In this document: positions 56,551 to 64,000 of the stretch, in pieces
Layout: the number at the start of each line of letters is the position of its first letter
Position numbering within the stretch: the first letter of the stretch is position 1
Assembly: GCF_009914755.1 (NCBI RefSeq)
Contig: NC_060937.1
Length of the DNA stretch: 64,000 nucleotides
DNA from: the human T2T-CHM13v2.0 reference genome, Homo sapiens
Direction: 5' to 3' (one strand)
Program-made: the position numbers and the translations under genes
The notes under the pieces: model-generated
What the model saw: only the letters and a program-made list of their open reading frames with translations
The model's database searches: none
Told to the model about the DNA's origin: nothing

Positions 56551-56738
56551 TCAAGTTGCCATATTTAATGAATAAAAATACAGAACACACAGGTACATTT
56601 GAATTTCAGATAACAATGAATCCTTTTTCATCCTAAGTTTGTCTGATATAAAATTTGAGGCATATTTATACTAAAATATTACTTGTTATCTGAAATGCAA
56701 ATCTAACTGGATGTCCTGTATTTTATCTGGCAACTCTA
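56551..56738. mobile_element. MER53 palindromic hAT MITE
   Basis: 'gttgccatattt..aataaaaatacagaac...tttgaatttcagata' pairs with 'tatctgaaatgcaaat...gtcctgtattttatctggcaac'. Confidence 0.85.
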
Positions 56739-56739
56739 A

Positions 56740-56930
56740 AATGGATTACATTTATTTTGTACAATATGTTTATGAAGTAGTTGATGTAATTAATAACAGT
56801 TTACAGACAGAGGAGACTCAGGCATAGAGAGTTTAAAGACTTTCCTCCAAGGCCATCAGGCCAGTAAGTGAAAGAAGTATTTGTGCCAAGGTCTGCTTAA
56901 CTTCAGAGCTGAAGCTTTTAATCTTATTTA
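56740..56930. mobile_element. MIR
   Basis: 'ttacagacagaggagactcaggcatagagagtttaaag...ccaaggccatcaggccagtaagtg'. Confidence 0.7.
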
Positions 56931-57249
56931 TTCACAATATCTTCCTAGAGGTAGAATTCTATGTGAGAAGTTAGATACCTTTAAAGCTTTTGATTATCTA
57001 ATAAGGTGAACAAGTTTACAGCCCTACCTATTGTCTGCCTCCCTGACCCTCACCAACACTGGCATTATGATTTTGAAAAGTCTTGAGTAGTTTAGTAAAG
57101 AAAAAGTAGAACAACAGGTTTTGCTTATTGTGAACTTATTTAATTTTTAATGAAGTTGTATCTATTTGCATGGCTATTTGTATTCTTTTGTGAGGTTCTT
57201 AACTCACTCTCTAAGGCTAAAAAATGTGAAAGCCATCAGGTGTGATGTT

Positions 57250-57450
57250 TCTTCAGCTTGATCCTCAAATTTGAATGTGCATCAAGAATCATGTGGAAGA
57301 CTTGTTAAAATATAGATTTCTAGTCCCTCACCTCCAGAGTCTCTGATTCACTGTATCTTGGGTAAAGTCAGATAATTTTTATATCTAATGAATTCCCAGG
57401 TGATGTTGATGCTGCTGGTCTAGGGGCCATGCATTGAGCATTAATGGTCT
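57250..57450. mobile_element. MER5A-like
   Basis: 'catcaagaatcatgtggaagacttgttaaaa...ttcccaggtgatgttgatgctgctggtc'. Confidence 0.75.
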
Positions 57451-59676
57451 ACAGGAAGGGCCAAAGCTCACAGTGTAATGAATCTTGCCTATCTTAACCA
57501 TTGATTGTTTAGCATACTTGTTACTGATCTCAAGGTTATTACTCAGTGCAAACAAGAGAATCACCTTAATAAAAGTCTAATCATCAAGTGTGATATAGGA
57601 CATGTCATTATGATCAGTTTTAAATTATGCAATAAAGAAATTTTTTACAACTAATTTGCTAATGACAAATAATACAAGCATCAGCTATCTAGGCTATGAA
57701 TAGAATTTTTATGCTTCTCTTTCGGCTGCATTAAAACCAAATTCTGAGTCTATTAGAGTATGGCGTACTGTTCCCTGGCTCAAAGTAGCTGTCAGTGTTC
57801 AATAAATGTACTTTGAGTGAATATTGGAGAGTTCCAAGTTTCCTAAAGCTTTGTCTCAGGATTATTCCATATTTTTTTGCAGGAGTCTTGAAAATGGGAA
57901 AAATGAAAAAGAGATAAATTCCCAAGAATAGAGAATGTAATCAGCCTTTGGAACATGGTTCTCGGGGGGAATCCTTTAACAGAATGTGAAGGGATAGAAT
58001 GGAGCTTCCTTCGACAGGAAGACTCAATATTGTAGAGTAAGATAAAGTAAGTGAAAAATATCATAAGGCCTAGTTTAATACTGGAGGCCTAAGAAGAAAC
58101 CACCTTTTTTTAGAGAAAGGAGGGTGACTTGGAGAAAAGAGGCAGGCATATGTTAGGCAGTTTGATCTGCATTCTTGGTCAAAAACAACAATTTTGTGAA
58201 CTGTTGATAGTGACATAAGACAAAAATAAAGCTGCTCATTTCTAAGACCTGAACCTTGTTGCACATTGGGTGGCTAAGCTACTAAGGGATGACTTCAGGA
58301 GAGAAACCTGATAAATATTATCTGAAGTGAGAAGAACTCCACTAGTTTTTTCTGCTCAGTTTCTTAAGTGCATATCTAGCTTCTGGCTGATTAAAATTAA
58401 ACAGCACACTTACACGAGGACTCTCCAGTGAGGTACTTATATACCCCTAATTGTTTTGCATGTTATGGAAAAAACAATAAGCCTATTTTAATCCAACAGA
58501 CAAGAAAAAATAAATGTCACTTTAAAAGTTGTCATGGCATCAGCATTCTCTTTATCCTAGTTCACCTGAGGTCTATGTTCCAGCCTATAGACCTCGATCC
58601 CTCAATGATTTCTCATGTTGACAGTTCCACAATATGGGACATTGTAGTATGTTCCATGCTAACCTGTCAGCTTTTCTTTTCACATTCTCATTTCAAGTAT
58701 AGCTCAGGTTCTACTGCATTTTCTGCAATTATTTGGACATATAATCCCATTTTTCTAGGAATTCAGACTTTGCATATGTTGTTCCTTACTTCTGCCAACA
58801 TTCCATTTTTACATTTACCTAGCCCTACACATCCTTTAAAAAATAAATGGTGTTTTCTTTACCTGGTCTTTCTTGACTTTATTACCTCCTAAGCCTGGGT
58901 TAAATAGATCACTCTAGCACAGGCTGCTAGGTTAAATGTTCCCCCAACAACCTCTTGTTGATTTCATTATGGCATAAATTACCTAATATCATTGTATAAT
59001 ACATACTCATTTCCTAATTTACTTATACCATTAGCCATGGAAATTTCTTGAAGTCAAGGACACAGTTTTTATCGTCATTATACATTGGATTCTGTATACT
59101 CAGTAAACTTTACACATCGTCACAACATCACAGTTGAATGAATACACAGATTCATGAAACCAGCAGAGCTAAGAATTCATATGCATTTCCAGAAGTTGTT
59201 TGAGAGAAAAATAAATGGTCATAGACAAAATCAATACAGTAGACAAGACCAGCAGATAGTCTTTATTTTCATTGTATTAATATATCTGTTAAAAATCAAT
59301 TGCTTGAATTTGCTATTTAAAGGTAAATATTCTTAGTTGCAAAAAAAATAAAACCTATTTCATTTAAGGTATAAGAGGCTTTATAAAGAATGTTAAGGGG
59401 CATCCATGTTTCTCAAGAGGACAAGGGGTTAAGTTTTACCTGGGTGGCCAAGAATTACATCTACATTATACATGTGGCTGCTCCAAAGGAGATTCTATAG
59501 CCATTGTCCTTAGGCTTAGGTGGCTCATACCAGTGTCTCTGAGCATGAGACTCTTGGCTTAGACCTCTGCTGTCACTCCATCTGAGACTTGATCATCCTG
59601 CTGTCCTCTGCCGCCCTCACATTGTACTGCCCACTTCACATCACTCTCTTTCTAAAAGAAGTCTCAGGTATGCGTA

Positions 59677-60822
59677 TAGTGAGTCTTAACATTGTCAATA
59701 GATTCTTGGAAACTATGACTTTAAGTGAAAGGATGTATGACAATGTATGCTAATTGATATAAACAAGACTTAAGTTCCTACATGTTTCTGGTCACAAAAA
59801 TATCACCAAACTTCTAAATACTCCAAACAATTCTAACATTAAAATATGAGTTATACATACATTTTAAAAAGATTAATAAAAGTAGTATAATTACCAAATA
59901 TTTGGTGAATCAGTGAGTGATGGCAGTCATAGCAGTGGTGAATTAAATTAAGAAATAAATGTTTGTAAAGCAGAAATTTTCAGGAGAAACTTCTACCACC
60001 ACCAATATTGGAAAATAAACAATAACCAGTATGGCAGGTGTGTTAGTTTGTTTTCACACTGCTGATAGGGACACACTTGATACTGGGTAATTTATAAAGA
60101 AGAAGAGGTTTAATCAACTCACAGTTTCATGTGGCTGGGGAGGCCTCACAATCATGGTGGAAGGTGAAAAGCACATCTTACACGACAGCAGTCAAGAGAG
60201 AATGAGAGCCAAGTGAAAAGGATTTCCCCTTATAAAACCATCAGATCTTGTGAGACTGATTCACTACCATGAGAATAGCATGGGGGAATAGGCCCCATGA
60301 TTCATTTATCTCCCAGTGGGTCCCTCCCACAACACGTGGGAATTATGGGAGCTACAATTCAAGATGAGATTTGGGTGGGGACGTAGCCAAACCATATCAG
60401 CGGGCTTGCTGAGTGCTTTTGAACAGCATCATTTGCTGTTGTGCATTTGTATGATTATCATGAGCTTTAGGAATTTTTATGTAACAATAATGTATATTCA
60501 TTTTCCAAACCACTTATTCCATTTCAAGGTCTCAGGTGCCCAGAGCCTATTCCAGCAGCTCAGGGCACAAGGTGGGAACCCACTCTGAACACGATGCCAT
60601 CTCATCACAGTGTACACTCAACACCCACCCACACTCACTCAGACCTGGGCCATTCATACAGCGAATCACCTAGAGTGCACAGCTGTGGGAGGTAAGAGGA
60701 AACCAGAGTACTTGGAGAAAACCAATGTAGACAGTGACCCCAGACAGGAATCTATATTTTTTTCTCATCTACCTTATAATGGAATGATGTTGAATGAAAT
60801 CACGGTATTTGAGGACATGCTG
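59677..60822 (-). mobile_element. MER6 (Tigger-family) element within an old MLT1-like LTR, split by THE1B
   Basis: TA flanks at 59675-59676 and 60823-60824. Termini 'tagtgagtcttaacattgtcaatagattcttggaaac' and 'gttgaatgaaatcacggtatttgaggacatgctg'. Confidence 0.8.
60039..60399 (-). mobile_element. THE1B-like solo LTR
   Basis: 'tgtgttagtttgttttcacactgctgata...gccaaaccatatca'. TSD gcagg/gcggg. Confidence 0.92.
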
Positions 60823-62349
60823 TATCTGACTAGCCCAACTACTGAACATATAGACCTCTGCCCTAGTACCAAGAGACACTGGCAAAATGGCTTCTAAGTG
60901 AGGAAATGAAACTCATTGGGTAGTAATTTATGTAACACAGAAAGGTTGTTCAGAAGACTCTAATTAGATGAATGTCCTCTATATCACCCTAAGAACATGC
61001 ATGGGAGCTGGAGGTTGAATTTAGTAACTTTGCAAGATACCTTTATATTTAGGATTCTGTCACAGCCATTAGCTTTTAGTGCTGGCCTTCATATATCTTA
61101 AAATGCCTCAGCATTAGGGTGGGGAGTTGTAGAGATCATTGCATCTATTTTTATAGCTTCTAGCATCTCAGTGCTAGTAGTATTTTTATCTCTGGTGGTC
61201 TTTGGAATACATACCAGTAAGTATTTAGCCCTTATTCTGTGATCTCTTGCAATGCCCTGACAACCAAAAATTTTTTTTTGTTTGATTCAGTTTGAATGAG
61301 TGTTGCTGACATTTTAAAAGTGAACAAGTTGACACTGAAATTACATCAAATGATGGCAAATAGCAGAAGTTCACATTTGATCACCCCAAGCACTTGATGG
61401 CTATGTCTGAACCTGGGATCATGAAGGGGAAAAAAAAGGCCAAAATTAAGGGTTGACATAGGGAAAAAAAGCATTTTGTGGTAATTTTAGCCTTCAACGC
61501 CTTTCAAGGAGTCAGGAGGATGCCCACTTAAAAGGTGAAATTAGAAAATAAAGAAGAAAATTCACTATATTTGGTTTTTACTTAGCTTTCTTTCAGGAGT
61601 TCTCTGTGTCTCCCTTGGAGTCAGTAGGGTCCGTGATTGCTGTTGAAGTCTGTGAAGCTGAATTACTCCTCAGAACACTCAACTGATAAACATTTGCTTT
61701 AAACCATACACCACCCTCCAAATTACCACCTTTCTTCTTACACAGCCAATATTCCACAAAGATCATAAATCTGAATAGAAGTTATTTTGCTGAACGTTTT
61801 TTTGTAGTTAGCCAAAGAGAATAAAGGCTAAGAGAGTTTAAAATAAACAAAAAAGCAAAAGCATTCCCAAATCTCCCAGCAGAATCACATCTTTTAATGC
61901 ATTGTCTGTAGCACCACTTTTTCCTTTATAAAATTTACATTCAGTGTATTCACTTCACTATTACCTACTCATTATTCTCTGTATTGCTCTCAAACAAGTC
62001 ACCAAAAGACCAAGTGTTGTTGTTTTTTATTAGCACTTGTGCCACTGAGGTTTTCTACCTGTGGGCCATGTTTCCGTTTTGCCTCTCTGTTCCCAGAAAT
62101 TGTATGGCACTAGAGACCGTCATTTGTCTTGCTTTTATTTTCGATTCTATCCTTTACTCTGCTTGCTTTCTTTGTTTTTAAAAGTGAACATTTCCAGGTT
62201 TCTACTCCTGGTTATTTCTCCAGCATTCTGTACATATTGACAATCAATGACCCAATCCAAGTCTTCAACAGTTACACTTATTTAGATGACTTTCCAAATT
62301 TATGCCATGCCGTAAATATCTGAATATAGTTGTTCAAGATTCAAGAGAT

Positions 62350-62570
62350 GTGTCTGAGCTACCTGGATATTTCCTAGCTCAAACGCTTATCAGCTGTGTG
62401 ACCTTTGGCAAGCTATTCAACCACTCATGACTTCAGTGCGTCAGCTCTAATACATGGCTAAAAATAGTACACCTACCTTATGAAGTTGCATGAGGATTAA
62501 ATGACCTAATATTTGTTAATGCTTAGACAAATGTTGCATAGTTAAGTGCCATATACATGTTTTTTAAAGA
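62350..62570. mobile_element. MIR
   Basis: 'agctgtgtgacctttggcaag...acctaccttatgaagttgcatgaggattaaatga'. Confidence 0.75.
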
Positions 62571-63719
62571 AAATGAAACAAATATGAAAATTATTAGAGT
62601 CTATGTAGTAAAGTGGTAGGTATGGAAGGAGAATAGGCAAGGACACAAACACAGTTTTAAGGCCAGGGAGTAGAAAAGAAGACTGTGTATGTAGAATGAA
62701 TCATCTTCTACTGTGCCCAGAATTAACTGATTTTCTCATGCTTCTTACTCTGATGACTGCCTAGATTACTGTGTCTCCTCTGTCTAGATTATTCCCCAGC
62801 CTCTAGCCCACCTGTTCAAAATATACAAATCCTACTCTTAAGAGATCCCTAGATGGCTTCCTGACTGAAGTGCTGTGTATTGAGATTACCATCCCTGCTT
62901 CTAAAATAATTGTTTAATTAACTATTACAGTTATTTGAGTATCTTCCAGGTAATATATAAAATTTGGGAGGTGTAAAGTTCATGTCATACACAAGTTTGT
63001 CTTCCTCAGGCTCCTATCTTCCCTGTAGCTGGCACAAGTCTCATCACAGATTGCTGTAGGTCACGGAGGATGGGAGAGAGTGAATGAGAGGAAGAGAAAA
63101 GAGAGATGGAGGGAGGCTTAGTGAGTAGGGCCATCATATTTCTCTTGACAGTTCTGAAGGAGACACAACACAGCTGTTATAAGTTAGCACAGATATGAGC
63201 ATGCCAGCCAACACTTCTATGTTTTCCTAACAACTATTTATTTTTTCTCATAGAGAAATATTGGAGTCAAAGAGCCTTTAGAGTTTTTCTAGTCCAAGCC
63301 TGTACCATTTCTATTGAGGAGGCTGAGGCATGGAGCAGTGGAGTGACTGTGCAGAATCCTCCTGGGAGTCATGGAGAAGCAGGCAGCAGGAGCTCTAGAG
63401 ACTTGGATTCTCACATTGCCCTTGCTACTTGGTACCTACGTCATTTGAAAATCTCTGAGCCAATTCATTTGTTTCTACCTGTGGAACATCTGTTTAGCCT
63501 TGTAAGCAACTTAATGGGTGTTCAACAGAGAGTACCCATTTGTATTAGTGATATTATTAACCAATGCTATTGCCAACATGGGGCTCATCAAAAGTAACAC
63601 TGTTGATGCTAACTATGGCTGTCTATGTGAAAGATGGCAGATATGGGGCTGCAATCTAGGTCTTTTGATTCTTAATCTGGGGGTGTTTATTTCCCTATGT
63701 TCCTTGGTAACTTGGTACA

Positions 63720-64000
63720 ATGTTGTGGAAGAAAGGCAGGCTACTTGTCATGAAAACCCAAAATGTCAGTGGCTTTACATAATAAGTGTATACTATTTCC
63801 CATGTTACAATCCAATACAAGGCAATGCAGAGGGGCTTCAGTCTATGTGGTCCTCTGGGGACCCAAGCACTTCTCATTTTGTCCTCTGTATCTGGCTAGA
63901 AGACCAAGAAAGATTGCTGAAGGTCACACCAGAGGTTTTGTAGAAACAAACCTGCCTAGTGGTCTACCTTATTCTAGCCTGTATTCCTCCAGCCAGAGCT
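63720..64000 (-). mobile_element. Old MLT1-like LTR (runs off the window)
   Basis: 'cccaaaatgtcagtggcttt...ggggacccaagcacttctcattttgt'. Confidence 0.55.

Noticed and set aside
58428-58892. 154-aa ORF
   Set aside because: GTG start, overlaps L2-like sequence, and has no recognisable domain. ORFs 22291..22725 and 63518..63943 are rejected as equally unsupported.

Overview
This is AT-rich, CpG-depleted primate (human-like) genomic DNA. AluS and THE1B elements place it in an anthropoid lineage. I find no supportable protein-coding gene: the listed ORFs are short, and the longer ones are decayed L1, Tigger1, THE1-internal or Alu frames. Roughly half of the window is ancient interspersed repeats, often nested. 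At 22-34 kb an old L1 hosts an L1MB-type element, which in turn holds a near full-length Tigger1, a complete LTR-int-LTR THE1 provirus and a solo THE1 LTR. Two L1-mediated insertions stand out. The first is a 'tailless' 5' fragment of tRNA-Gln(CTG), with an apparent 5' leader and a 17-bp target-site duplication (TSD), at 6008-6061. The second is a ~0.8-kb polyadenylated retrocopy or orphan transduction (AATAAA, polyA, 13-bp TSD) at 53664-54442 that carries MaLR-internal-like sequence and an antisense Alu. Repeat-poor stretches near 38-45 kb and 57-62 kb hold well-formed splice-site pairs and promoter-like motifs that may belong to a lncRNA, but this is inference only. Repeat subfamily names come from recalled consensus sequences, and boundaries without TSDs are approximate. 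I do not see evidence for a wholly new biological system.
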